A DNA stretch of 63,780 bases, the filler included, from Octopus bimaculoides (taxonomy: Eukaryota), in assembly GCF_001194135.2 (NCBI RefSeq). It is 5 parts of 4 records of this genome, joined end to end, with 100 filler letters (N's around TTAATTAATTAA, not from the genome) between each part and the next. Parts side by side here need not be neighbours in the genome. Positions count along the whole stretch, not along the records: positions 11,481 to 28,859 come from NC_068983.1; positions 28,960 to 37,771 come from NC_068991.1; positions 37,872 to 61,114 come from NC_068983.1; 2 more parts are not named here. The stretch is one strand, 5' to 3'. Positions 23,593 through 37,937 of this stretch are shown piece by piece. Numbering within the stretch: position 1 is the stretch's first letter; each line of letters begins with the position of its first letter. The notes below the pieces were generated by a model. The model searched no databases, was not told where the DNA came from, and saw only the letters and a program-made list of their open reading frames with translations. The translations under genes were made by a program, and so were the position numbers.

Positions 23593-24939
23593 NNNNNNNN
23601 NNNNNNNNNNNNNNNNNNNNNNNNNNNNNNNNNNNNNNNNNNNNNNNNNNNNNNNNNNNNNNNNNNNNNNNNNNNNNNNNNNNNNNNNNNNNNNNNNNNN
23701 NNNNNNNNNNNNNNNNNNNNNNNNNNNNNNNNNNNNNNNNNNNNNNNNNNNNNNNNNNNNNNNNNNNNNNNNNNNNNNNNNNNNNNNNNNNNNNNNNNNN
23801 NNNNNNNNNNNNNNNNNNNNNNNNNNNNNNNNNNNNNNNNNNNNNNNNNNNNNNNNNNNNNNNNNNNNNNNNNNNNNNNNNNNNNNNNNNNNNNNNNNNN
23901 NNNNNNNNNNNNNNNNNNNNNNNNNNNNNNNNNNNNNNNNNNNNNNNNNNNNNNNTCAACAGAAAGCGTGTTCAGAGTTAAAGGAAGTCTTTTTATCATA
24001 AAGACAGGATGCACCACATAGGATCCCCTCCCCGCTATCTTCCCTCCCTAAAACGCCTTCCCTACCCACTGAATCCCCCCCCCCTGCTATGAATTTTGCT
24101 GTAATCATCAACCACATTGACCATACTTATATCAGAGGGTTTTTTAAAGCTACGTCCACTGCTCCACTTCATCTAGCTGATTTGAATCCCGTATGCGAAG
24201 TACGTAGGACTTGTTTAGTCTAGGTCTAGGTCTGAAAACAGACTGTGATGCTGGTGTGGCCTGTCTCATGTCACGTACCTGGGAGTGGCATAATTATGTA
24301 CAACCATGTTGTCAAGATTCACTTCGTTATAGCAGTTAAAAGGAGTGCAGTTCACGTCATATGACACTTGTTGAACGGCAGAGAATGCTGGAAAACAACT
24401 AACTTAACCGACTCTCTTAAGGTATCTACCCCAGGTTTTCAATCTGGGCTTATCTAACCCTCTAATACTCACAAAATAGTGAATCGGCCTTTATTAAAAC
24501 TCAGTAAAAGGTCAATAAATTAGTGGTCAAGGATAAATTTATTCTCAAATTCAAATGTACTCCCGTTAATGCAGTATTCAATCATATAGTTTGTTGTCAT
24601 TTGTTGTTTTGTTGGGCTTTTTTTAGGAGGGTGTAAAGAAGGAACCAATACAGAAGGGTTAGCGATGTTCAGAAATTCTAGCGTTGCTAGTTCTATTATA
24701 TTGTTGTTATTTAACCCAAAGGTAGCGCTTACCGACCAGACCTAAGTTTGCTTTTAGCCGACGAAGTGTTGTCACAGTATGAAAGTTGACACCGTTATGT
24801 TATAAAGGCACCTACTCGGGGTTATCTAAAGTCATTGGGAGAGGAATCTGTAATGTAAATAAACAGCGCAACTATGGAGCAATATGGTTAATTGAGGTAT
24901 GGAGTTAACACAGTGCAAACATATTTCTGAAAATTTCAA

Positions 24940-25810
24940 ATATCACCAATGAAATTTCCCTGACTGTTGTTGCAAAATTACTAAATGGAAAATCACTGAG
25001 GCAAGGTCTGGTTATGGTTATAGGAAGCTCACATTCTATAATGAATCTCTCGTCAATCTATCCAAAAGAACAACGGAAGCCGAACTTGGTATGACAACCT
25101 GATTAACAGTTGCACGAACAACACTTGCACCTAAGACCAAAAGAAACTTGTGTCTAAAATATACGAGCCCATAGTATGCTTAAATGTTATGCATAAACTG
25201 CGCTCAGCTTGCTTGAATGTGTTTTAACAAGATCGGTGTGAAACAAACAATGTGAAGACTGGTAAGCTGGTAGATTAGAAAAGAGTCTCAGTAATACGGA
25301 ACAACTTCCCATCAAGAAAGTTATCCCTAAGGAGGAGATGTAGCATCGCCGAAATCTAATAATTGCTTGCTTAGATTATAAGAATGTGTTTGATTCAGAG
25401 CCACTGTGTTTTGCTAAGGTTCTAAGTACTGTAGTCAATGCTATAGTACTTACTATAACTACATATCCCACTGAACTGTCTATCAATAAGAGCTTGAAGT
25501 AGAACTACAGTAAGAAACTTAATTAGGTTACCAAAAATATTCTAGGAGATTTGTATGTCTGTAATGTTGTTCTGTAATACACACATGCATACATTTGACA
25601 ACAAATGTAGAATATGCAAAACCCAAGACATTAGTCATATAATTCCAACTGTGGAAGAATATCCTCTAGATACTACTTTTCCATAGGGTATGATGCGGCA
25701 ACCATAGTAATGAGGAATAGACTGAGAAAACAGAATACGATAACAAATAACAATGAGCATATTGATATCGATGGATCAAAAGAATATAGGTGGAACATAA
25801 AAATAAAGGG
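24940..25810 (+). pseudogene. Heavily degenerate, internally deleted R4-clade RT and CCHC fragment
   Basis: GYGYRKLTFYN, LTVARTTLAPK, TEQLPIKKVIPKE, RRNLIIACLDY...FDS, a GIFQGD-like remnant, then DNKCRICKTQDISHII (zinc knuckle). Confidence 0.7.
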
Positions 25811-26011
25811 CTCACCCTATTTAAAACACAATTGACCTAGCATTGTTGTTTTGGGACCATAAAGTAATATAATGCTCTGCTATGGGTGTCAGCTGTTGTG
25901 TATATGATGACAAGGAGAACAAGTTTTCACTTATTTCTTTTTTTTAAATGTTTCTATCCTTTATAACTTTATCAAAATCAGTTCTAAACTTCCAGTTGAG
26001 AAGAGTAACCA

Positions 26012-26045
<34 letters not shown>

Positions 26046-27044
26046 CACAAGTACGTTTGTACTTGCGTATGATAATACACGCACACATACGTTCTTATGT
26101 AGTATATGCATTTGCGTAGGTAGAGCCAGCGAGAAAATAGAATCCATTGTCTGCTGTTCTTTTACTTGTCAGTAAAAAAATGTGTGTGTCTACTTATTTA
26201 TTAGTTCTTTCATCTCTATATATAAATTGTCTGTCTCCATTTGTCTAAATAACAAGGGTGTGTCAGTACATCGGATTCCAAATTTATTCATCAAGTGCAA
26301 CAGACAATAAAGCAATAATGTTTATTCTCCTTAGTAACAACAGTCAGTGAAAATGCGATTTACTCCGTAACATGTTTGTTATTTATCTCGTCGGCCTTGA
26401 TCGAGCAAACATATAATAAAAGGCACTTTCAGATATAACCATCCTTCTTTTCATAGAACAACAATACTTAACTTGGGAGAAATTTCTCAGTAAGGGAATT
26501 GATTTTAAGCTGAAAAAATTCTTTATCATCATTTACACTGTTTTAGTTAGCTATAATTTCCTCAAGGTTAATTTTAAAGATTCTAACGTTAAATTAAGTC
26601 TTTAAATGTTGTGAAGTAGAATGTGATATATACAAGACTTATTTCTTATCAGATGGAGGGAGAAAATCGAAATGTTGAATTGGTAAGTTAGGTAAATATT
26701 TAAAAAAATAGGTTTTTAAGACAGTGAAGTGTGATTTGAGGGAGATTTGGCTGCTGTTTGTAGATCAAGTGACTGCATAGAAATTCTTTATTGACTCACC
26801 TATATAATATGTAATTTGGGGCTTAACAAATGCAATTGTCTAACTGTACGATGAGATATATGTAATTGAGTCAACATCCTCATTATATAAGTGGCACCCA
26901 TTTTTTTCTTCCAAAGTGTGAATTGATTTCAAACAGTAGAGTCACTTATAGGAAATACTGTTAAATATTTCATTCAGCGTACTATTGTTTCTTTTTGACC
27001 TCTTTGAACATCCACTCACCATTAATATTGATTTCAACTGTCGG

Positions 27045-27241
27045 TACGAGGGCAGCAATTACGGAGGAGGGGGTAAGTCGATTACATCGACCCCAGTGTT
27101 CAACCGGTACTTATCTTCTCGACTCCGAAAGGATAAAAAACAAAGTCGACCTCGGCGGAATTTGAACTCAGAACGTAAAGACGAACGAAACACCGCTAAG
27201 CATTTAGCCCGGCGCGTTAAAGATTCTGCCTCCTCTTCGCC
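27045..27241 (-). mobile_element. SINE family B copy, head-to-head with the next
   Basis: Reverse complement of the family B head, GAGTTCAAATTCCGCCGAGGTCGAC and CTGGGGTCGATGTAATCGACTT. Confidence 0.85.
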
Positions 27242-27262
27242 ATTAAAATTAAATATAAAAGG

Positions 27263-27450
27263 AAGGCAGCGAGCTGGCAGAATCTTTACCGCGCCAGAAA
27301 CAAATACTTACAGGCATTTCTTCCGACTTTACGTTCTGAGTTCAAACGCCACCGGGATTGATTTTTTTCTTTTATCCTTACAGGGTCGATAAAATAGGTA
27401 CCAGTTGAGCACTAGCGTCAACGTAATCGACTTATCCCCTGCCCCTTATG
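27263..27450 (+). mobile_element. SINE family B copy
   Basis: AAGGCAGCGAGCTGGCAGAATC...CTGAGTTCAAA...GTAATCGACTT. Confidence 0.85.
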
Positions 27451-27989
27451 CCAAGATTATTGGATATCGTTCTATCACAGTGAAATGTGATAATGTCGAA
27501 TTAAGTGTTCTCTCTAGAAACCATACAAAACGGTAGTAATATATTTGATTTCCTGGTCGATGAGCAATTAGTCCATCTCTGAGAGGTAGGATTAATCCGT
27601 CGTTGCACGATTTAACCCATCAATTAAAAGTGTCCTCAAAACAGGAAAATCAGAACAATTAGGTTTTGTTGGCTGTAATTAATTGTAGAAAATTAATTGT
27701 AGAAATGCTGTTTTTCATTGCACCGTTGTGAAGATTGAAAGAAGGGAGAACAAATTGTCATATTTTATAAAATTAAGATGGTTTTGAATTCTTTTTAACT
27801 TTTCCAATACTACTGTGAAGAATGATTATATGAATGGAATGGACATTCCATATGGCCTTTACAGTAAAAAAATAGGAAGGAGACCACTAAAATTTTACAA
27901 ATGTCTATAGTATGTGGATAGTTGTTATTTTGGGACTTATCACTGGATGAAAACATGGGGTTTAATTGTCGTTGGACACTTAATTACAA

Positions 27990-28205
27990 CCAATAAAAAA
28001 AGCTCATATAGTATCGTAGTGAAGTAGTGAACCAAATGCTGATGTGAGACCCAATACACGGAAAGCGACCTAAACATCGTCCTATTAGGACATTTATTTA
28101 TTGACCAGCTGGTTGAAAACTCAGGTCTGCTGAAGAGCAACCTACAACGAGCAATGCTGGAAGAGAATTCTAGAGACAAGTGATTGATGGTGTTCGTTTG
28201 CGGAG
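27990..28205 (+). pseudogene. RTE-clade LINE 3' end followed by (AGC)n(AGT)n
   Basis: HGKRPKHRPIRTF..IDQLVENSGL resembles the RTE C-terminal HGKRxxGRPxxTYIDQL motif. Confidence 0.55.
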
Positions 28206-28210
28206 CAGCA

Positions 28211-28305
<95 letters not shown>

Positions 28306-28306
<1 letters not shown>

Positions 28307-28700
28307 TCGTTTACCGATTGTCTTGCTTCGGAGACAGCACTCTGAATTTATGGTTTAACACCATAAACTGACCTTCAGTGTCTATTACAGAATACTCTCC
28401 TGAGTATACGAGTTGAACTAAGTCTCCAGTCTGAGGATTTCAAGATTATCTTTCTTATCACTCATCAACCTTGGAAGTCCTGTAAAAATGTTATGGACGT
28501 TGCTCTTCTTCTAATTTTGTCGCAAAGAAAAAAATTTATCAACTTCCTTGATATTGCTTTCATATGTGTATTATCATTGCGTGATTGTCTATTTATCACC
28601 CGATGAGATACATCTGCCCGCTGGATGCTCCTGAACCAGTTGTTGAGTGTCCCACCCGTGAGGGATCGATGCTGGATGTGCGGAAACAATTGTCGCGATT
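28306..28700 (-). pseudogene. Possible R4-clade 3' end remnant ending in (TAC)n
   Basis: The minus strand gives ...LSSTRILRRVF..., similar to the LLGTARILRRVL C-terminus; otherwise very decayed. Confidence 0.35.
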
Positions 28701-28821
28701 AATAATAAATTCTCGTATATGTCATCTTCTGTCTTTCATTTGCCATATACATAACGATCACTGAAAGAGACCGTGCTTCACCAGTAAGCTACCAGGTGTA
28801 AACCATTCGTTTTATTATCCA

Positions 28822-28859
<38 letters not shown>

Positions 28860-29283
28860 NNNNNNNNNNNNNNNNNNNNNNNNNNNNNNNNNNNNNNNNN
28901 NNNTTAATTAATTAANNNNNNNNNNNNNNNNNNNNNNNNNNNNNNNNNNNNNNNNNNNNTTTATCGTAGCTTCAATGACAGAAGAAAGCATGCAACAAAA
29001 ATTTGTATCAAAAAAGTTCTGAGGTAAAATATCATGAAAAAAATTATATGTAAGGCAAAAAATTGGATTTAAGTATAATTAACTTTTTTTTATTTTAAAA
29101 ACAAACTCTATTTTAATTAAACTTAAACGATGGAGCTCAGTTCGAGGAATTTCATGGTATCAATCTCATGCAATGAAGTTTTAAAAGAAAAAAGTTATGA
29201 GTGCTTGTTTCTCAAATTTGAGGGTGATAATATAGTTCTATACTTTTTTATGAATTTCGTTCTATAATAGGACTTTTAATATA

Positions 29284-29410
29284 CAGGGTGTCCACAAGGT
29301 CTGGGTACATGGAGTAAACAAAATCATAACATGAACAATTAAATATAAGAAGTAATAATTTCTTAAAGCATGTGTTAATCCCCATGTACCCAGACTTTGT
29401 GGACACGCTG
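29284..29410. mobile_element. 127-bp Tc1/mariner-type MITE
   Basis: 29-bp TIRs CAGGGTGTCCACAAGGTCTGGGTACATGG and its reverse complement (27/29), with TA on both sides. Confidence 0.9.
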
Positions 29411-31159
29411 TATATCACCGGCGTCATTGAGGTAAGGAAAAAATTATCAACGATACCGCTAATTGACACATTTGACATAATTAATTAGCATAATTGCATA
29501 CCCTGGAGAAAACATGGATTACATGGAAAAATGCGAACAAGAGAAATAATATTCTTAACATTATAAACCTGGAAAATTACACGACAAGTTATTACAATTG
29601 GAAATGTGCAGGACAATTTCTTACATATGTACAGAAATATCTATATGTCTGTTTGTCTTTCTATCTCTCTCCCTCCTCTCTGTGTTTACATACACATATA
29701 TGTTTGTGCATGTGTGTGTGCTTGTGTATGTGTAATATATATACGCACACAGAGGATTGCGTGCATGTATATGTGTGTGTGTATGTGTGTGTGTATGTGT
29801 GTGTATATATATACATACTCACGCAGAGCAATCTCTCTCTCTCTCTCTTTCTCTATTTCTCTCTCTTCCTCTCTATCTCTCTTTCTTTCTCTCTCTCTCT
29901 CTCTGTATATACGCACACGCATGCATACACAAACGAAAATATTCGCAAAAACAAACGCGTGCGCAGCCATGTATTTTGTTATCGAATCAATAAGAGACTC
30001 TCTATATGATCGCTTTGTGTCCTACACATAGCAGCCAAATCTCCTTCTAATTACACTGCTGTTTTTTTTTGTTTGTTTGTTTTTCTTTTTAAAGTCATAT
30101 GAATATGAATGGAACACTATCCCTGAAAATTAAGACGAGTTTGTTATGGCTTAAATGTCTTTGATAATAAATCAACAAAATCACGAATAACTCGTGGCTA
30201 AATTATAAATCAAGCGCATAGTTTAACATTACAACCTCGCTGTTGAGTGTCTTTAACGGAGCCTGTTCTAGTACAAGTATTCAGATCAGGCTTTCTCGCT
30301 TACATCTGTCTCATAAACCCTGGAAAAGATCAGAGGTGTTGATCTTCTTACCATTGACTAAGCAATTAAAACAGCGTATCCTGTCATCTTTGAATTGACA
30401 CAATAATCCACGGATCAACAGGCATATTTGGTGTCTTGTCACGGAAACCTGAGATATACATATGTTCTGTTTCGTTTTAATTATTTCACACATATCAATT
30501 ATACAACAAATCTAACATATTTGTAACTGATAACCTAACTTACTCAGAAATAAATATATTTATTGACAAAATCCATACATATATATATCATCTGTGTGTA
30601 TGTGTGTATGTGTAAAAAGAGAGACAGCAAGATAGTCGAAAGAGGAAGTTCGTGGCGTCAAGCAAAGACGTCACTAAGCCCCAGTAATAAGATATGAACA
30701 CAGCTGATGCGAACAACACTAGTTGTGCCCAGAAGAAATGCGTTATCAAGTTCCATGTACAAGACTTCATACAGTATATAATAACCGTACTTATCCTAAC
30801 GGTTCTAATCTTTTATTTCCTACGATTTAAGGCTTCTCACTTCATAATGTATCTAATATAACTAAACTACGTTTAAAACTGCTCTACAAATAACCCCTAA
30901 CAGTAGTTAAGCTAGCGTTAACATATTTTATGCAGGACATATCAAAACAAAACGAAAAAAAGAAAGATTGTTCATTTAAGAAAAAATCAGTAGTAGTCAT
31001 TCACTAATAATAATAATTCAAACACGTGTGGTCCCCTCATGGTAGTTATTGTAAGAGAGATAATTCCAGGTATGTTTCAGTTTTGTTAGAACTTTTCAGC
31101 GAACTCTAAGCTATTGTATTTTCATGTGGTCTCTTTTTTTTAAATTTGAGAATAATTTT

Positions 31160-31270
31160 AATCATCAAGGTCCTAGGTTCTACTGCGCGGCAGAGCAAGT
31201 ATTTTTTAATATAGTCCTGGGCCGACAGATGCCTTGTAAGTGAATATGGTTGATGAAAACTGTGTGGACA

Positions 31271-31303
<33 letters not shown>

Positions 31304-31918
31304 NNNNNNNNNNNNNNNNNNNNNNNNNNNNNNNNNNNNNNNNNNNNNNNNNNNNNNNNNNNNNNNNNNNNNNNNNNNNNNNNNNNNNNNNNNNNNNNNN
31401 NNNNNNNNNNNNNNNNNNNNNNNNNNNNNNNNNNNNNNNNNNNNNNNNNNNNNNNNNNNNNNNNNNNNNNNNNNNNNNNNNNNNNNNNNNNNNNNNNNNN
31501 NNNNNNNNNNNNNNNNNNNNNNNNNNNNNNNNNNNNNNNNNNNNNNNNNNNNNNNNNNNNNNNNNNNNNNNNNNNNNNNNNNNNNNNNNNNNNNNNNNNN
31601 NNNNNNNNNNNNNNNNNNNNNNNNNNNNNNNNNNNNNNNNNNNNNNNNNNNNNNNNNNNNNNNNNNNNNNNNNNNNNNNNNNNNNNNNNNNNNNNNNNNN
31701 NNNNNNNNNNNNNNNNNNNNNNNNNNNNNNNNNNNNNNNNNNNNNNNNNNNNNNNNNNNNNNNNNNNNNNNNNNNNNNNNNNNNNNNNNNNNNNNNNNNN
31801 NNNNNNNNNNNNNNNNNNNNNNNNNNNNNNNNNNNNNNNNNNNNNNNNNNNNNNNNNNNNNNNNNNNNNNNNNNNNNNNNNNNNNNNNNNNNNNNNNNAT
31901 GCGTGCATGTGTGTATGT

Positions 31919-31955
<37 letters not shown>

Positions 31956-32140
31956 CGCGCGCGTGCGTGCGTGCGTACTTGTTTATGTCCACGTAACTTA
32001 GTGGTTCGGCAAGAGTCCGATTGCTCCAGGCTTTCAAAGTAAAACAACATACGTGCAGGGGTTGTTTTGTTCGACTAAACCCTTCGAGGTGGTGCCCTTG
32101 TATGGCCGCAGTCCAATGGCTGAAACAGGTGAAAGGTGCA
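31160..32140 (+). mobile_element. SINE family A copy with its internal microsatellite lost in an N gap
   Basis: Decayed 5' half (GGGCCGACAGATGCCTTGTAAGTG...GAAAACTG), TA repeat, gap, TG repeat, 3' half (GTAACTTAGTGGTTCGGCAAGAG...ATGGCCGCAGTC). Confidence 0.65.
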
Positions 32141-32174
32141 AGCTGCTGCCCCTCCTCCTCCTCCTCCTCCTCAT

Positions 32175-32205
<31 letters not shown>

Positions 32206-32690
32206 AGCTAAGTGTAGCATCTTTAATCGTTTTAAATTCCATTTACTAATCTCTTAGTTCCTAATATTAGGGTAAAAAATAAAAATAATAAAAAACCCCA
32301 TAGGATGGAGCTTTTAGCTCTGCGCACCAATCTATCGAATAAACAAACAAATCCCAGTTTAAATCATCAGACAGGACGCTGTAACCTTATACTAGAACGC
32401 AAGCATTTCGAGTTACTCCCTAAAATCGAACAATGTCTCCCTTTCTATTGTTTGTCTGCATTGTTTAACGCAGATAGCTTATCATCAAATATCTTCTGTT
32501 TTGCTTCTGGTTCTGTTGATGTTATTTTATTTGCGTATAAGTTTCTGTTGGCCTCCCAGTTTACATTACCTTGTTTACTACTACATGCATGTATGTCGTT
32601 GAGTAAGAGAGACCAATTTGTTGTATGATGGATCATGTTTATGATAAAACATTGGTGTAATGGGTAATGCAACAGACAACACATATGTAG

Positions 32691-32735
<45 letters not shown>

Positions 32736-33299
32736 TATATNNNNNNNNNNNNNNNNNNNNNNNNNNNNNNNNNNNNNNNNNNNNNNNNNNNNNNNNNNNN
32801 NNNNNNNNNNNNNNNNNNNNNNNNNNNNNNNNNNNNNNNNNNNNNNNNNNNNNNNNNNNNNNNNNNNNNNNNNNNNNNNNNNNNNNNNNNNNNNNNNNNN
32901 NNNNNNNNNNNNNNNNNNNNNNNNNNNNNNNNNNNNNNNNNNNNNNNNNNNNNNNNNNNNNNNNNNNNNNNNNNNNNNNNNNNNNNNNNNNNNNNNNNNN
33001 NNNNNNNNNNNNNNNNNNNNNNNNNNNNNNNNNNNNNNNNNNNNNNNNNNNNNNNNNNNNNNNNNNNNNNNNNNNNNNNNNNNNNNNNNNNNNNNNNNNN
33101 NNNNNNNNNNNNNNNNNNNNNNNNNNNNNNNNNNNNNNNNNNNNNNNNNNNNNNNNNNNNNNNNNNNNNNNNNNNNNNNNNNNNNNNNNNNNNNNNNNNN
33201 NNNNNNNNNNNNNNNNNNNNNNNNNNNNNNNNNNNNNNNNNNNNNNNNNNNNNNNNNNNNNNNNNNNNNNNNNNNNNNNNNNNNNNNNNNNNNNNNNNN

Positions 33300-33622
33300 T
33301 TTTACTTGTTTCGGGCATTGGAGTGTGTAGAGTGCAGCCACGCTGGAGCACCACCTTTTAGTCGAATGAATCGAACCCTGTACTTTTTTAAAGCCTGGTA
33401 CTTTTTCTATCTGTCTCTTTGTCGGACCGCTAATCTGTCAAGCTGGTAGCGGACAAACACACGCACATACGACGAGCTTCTTTCAGTTTCCGTCTACCAA
33501 ATCCACTCACAAAACTTTCGTCTGACCGAAACAATTGTAGAAGACACTTACCCAAGGTGCCACGCTGTTGGACTGAACCCGGAACCATGTGATTGAGAAA
33601 CAAACTTCTTACCAGACACCCA
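33300..33622 (-). mobile_element. SINE family A copy
   Basis: Reverse complement matches 18751-19147. Confidence 0.8.
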
Positions 33623-33989
33623 CTCTTACACACATACTCACACCTCAGTATGTATGATTATATATAAAATATTGTTGTCCTAGCTACATTATTCGAATAA
33701 GAAAGAGGGAATCGCCATGGCTGGAATATCTAATGTTCGTCATATCTTTGTCTACTCCGTCCACAGCCGACCTGGAACCAAACAGTTATAACATATGTAA
33801 ACATATGGTACACATATTCGAACATCCACAGTCGACTTACATTTCATCCAAAGAGAGAAAAAAAATGTCACCAGGCTGCTTAAATAAATAGTTTGTCTGT
33901 TCCTTATTTCTGGTTGTACACTGTAGTCATGTCAAGAATGAATTTTTAACAAAATGTTGGAGATTGATCGCTTCTAAACACCAAAAGGG

Positions 33990-35400
<1,411 letters not shown>

Positions 35401-36504
35401 TTAATGCCACCACCACCATCACCAACACCCATCATTATTACAAACCAGCGAAGAATCCTCTATTCAGTCGCTTGACTTGCTAAAAGTAACTGCCAAATTC
35501 CCCCTAAATACCCTAGTAGCATTTAAAAAAAATGTAGGAGACATTGAACAATTTAGTCTTGAAATATCAGAAAGACAGGATGGTCATGGCTAATACAACT
35601 TTAATCATGGCTCACTGGTCGATAATGTTTGATTTAATGTCTAAACAACAACAACAACTAACACAACTCTACCGGCCCTGAATCTGCGATTGAGTTCTAC
35701 GTATGACATCCCCAAATCTGCGCAAATACTATTGCTATCGCTACCGCCACCACCATCTCTATATACAATAACAATCTCTAATGCTTCTACTATCAACAAC
35801 AACAATAACAATATCACGACTACGACGACGACGATCTCCACCACCACCACCACCACCATCTCCACCGTTACCATCGTTACTACTGCTAGAAGTGGTACTT
35901 TAGACAGTACCACTGTAATGCCACCATCGTCCCCAACTGCACTGACATCGTCGCGATCAGATCTTACGCGTAGAACATACCATACATACATACATACATA
36001 CATATGTATATATATATATGCATTACACAGTCTCGCAACATACACACACACTTTCACACACACACACACACACACACACCTACACACACCTACACACACC
36101 TACACACATTGTCCTTCCAGTTTATTTTATGTAGCGAAACAGATTATCATTTCTTTCTTTTTCCCCCCACTTCTTTCTCATAGAATAAAGGAGATTAACA
36201 GAAATTCACAGAATTCACAGATAAATAAAATTGTCCTGTCATACAGACAATCACTAGTTTCATTGTTGAGACAGCGCAAGTCGTACACACACACACACTA
36301 ATTCACTTAGACACACACACACACATACCGCTACGCATATATTACACACATACATTAGACCATACATGTAAACACATACACACGCATGCATACACATACA
36401 CACGCAGAAGTGAACAGGATTTCGTATTTGTCGGTAGAAAACATCGGTATTTTCCGGCATATGACAGTAGAAGTCGAAGAAAGCAGCAGAATTTTTCTAC
36501 AAAT

Positions 36505-36536
<32 letters not shown>

Positions 36537-36538
36537 TC

Positions 36539-36581
<43 letters not shown>

Positions 36582-37079
36582 TCCTCTCTCTCTTTCTCTT
36601 TTTCTCTCTCTATTTCTCTCACTCTCCCCCTTCCTCTCTTCTGTTGTTTTTTTTTTCTCTCCATTTGGGATCGTCTGCTTTTTGTCATTTCATTTACAAA
36701 GGAATTGTGTTCATTCGTATGCCTTGTCTTCTGCCAAGGGATTTTAAAACTGACATTTGCCTCTTGAACAGGGGGCGAAAAGGGTAAGTTATTTGTTTTT
36801 ACCTTTAAGATTTTGGTCGGCAACTGATTATTCATTTATTTCATTCTTCCATTTTCTTTTGTTTTTCTGGATTCCAACAAAACTCCTGAAATCTTTTTCC
36901 TTTTTTATTTTATTTTTCATCTTTGTTTCATTTTTTTGTGTGTTTTAACTCTCTTTTATTCTTACTCCTTTACAATCTGTCTTTCCTTCAAACTTCTTTC
37001 AATTGTCTTTCAGTCATGTAAACGAACATCAGCTTTTTTCTTTGTGTTGTCTTTCAATATTTCAAAGTCTTTCTTTCAC

Positions 37080-37420
37080 AGGGGTGTGTGGTTAAGAAGC
37101 TCACTTTGTAAGCACATGGTTTCGGGTTCAGTCCCACTGAGTAGCACCTTGGCAAAGTGACTTCTGCTATCATCCTGAACCGACCAATGTCTTGTGAGTG
37201 AAATCAGTAGACGGAAACTGTATGGAAGCCCGTCGTATATATGTGTGCATGTGTTTGTGACAGTTCCCCACCTCTGCTTGACAACCGATGTTAGTTTGTT
37301 TACGTCCCTGTAACATAGGAATTCGGCAAAAGGAAACAAGTACCAGACTTAAAAGTGAATATTGGGCTTGATTTGACACATTATATCCTTTACGGCATTG
37401 ATCCAGCATGGCCGCAGTCT
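37080..37420 (+). mobile_element. SINE family A copy
   Basis: GGGGTGTGTGGTTAAGAAGC...GGTTCAGTCCCACTG...CCAGCATGGCCGCAGTC. Confidence 0.8.
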
Positions 37421-37480
37421 GATAGATGAATTCATTCTTCATTTTCCCTGGTCTTTTCTTCTTTTCTTTCTTTCTTTTTT

Positions 37481-37524
<44 letters not shown>

Positions 37525-37559
37525 TCATCATATCCTTTTTCTTCGTGTTTTACTTGCTT

Positions 37560-37771
37560 CACTCATTGAAATACGGCCGTACTTATTCTTTTAAGTCAGA
37601 TACTTATTTCAGCGGCTCTATTGCCAGACCGCTAAATTATGAAAGCGTAAACAAACCAACACCGGTTGTTAAGCGGTGGAGTGGGGGTGACAAACACAGA
37701 CGCAGGCACACATCTCACAGCACCCCCTATACACATGCACGCATACAACGGGCTTCTATAGTTTCCGTCCA
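37560..37771 (-). mobile_element. SINE family A, 3' half
   Basis: Reverse complement of GGACGGAAACTATAGAAGCCCG...CTTAACAACCGGTGTTGG...TTAGCGGTCTGGCAA. Confidence 0.7.
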
Positions 37772-37871
37772 NNNNNNNNNNNNNNNNNNNNNNNNNNNNN
37801 NNNNNNNNNNNNNNNTTAATTAATTAANNNNNNNNNNNNNNNNNNNNNNNNNNNNNNNNNNNNNNNNNNNN

Positions 37872-37936
<65 letters not shown>

Positions 37937-37937
<1 letters not shown>

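Noticed and set aside
23956-24022. Possible terminal exon after the gap (CAG then SVFRVKGSLFIIKTGCTT*)
   Set aside because: The acceptor context is hidden by Ns and the peptide is too short to assess.
35690-36000. Thr/Ser-rich mucin-like frame with YDIP motif
   Set aside because: Built largely from ACC/ACG/AAC triplet runs; there is an in-frame stop at 35642 with no AG acceptor before the frame and a non-ATG start.
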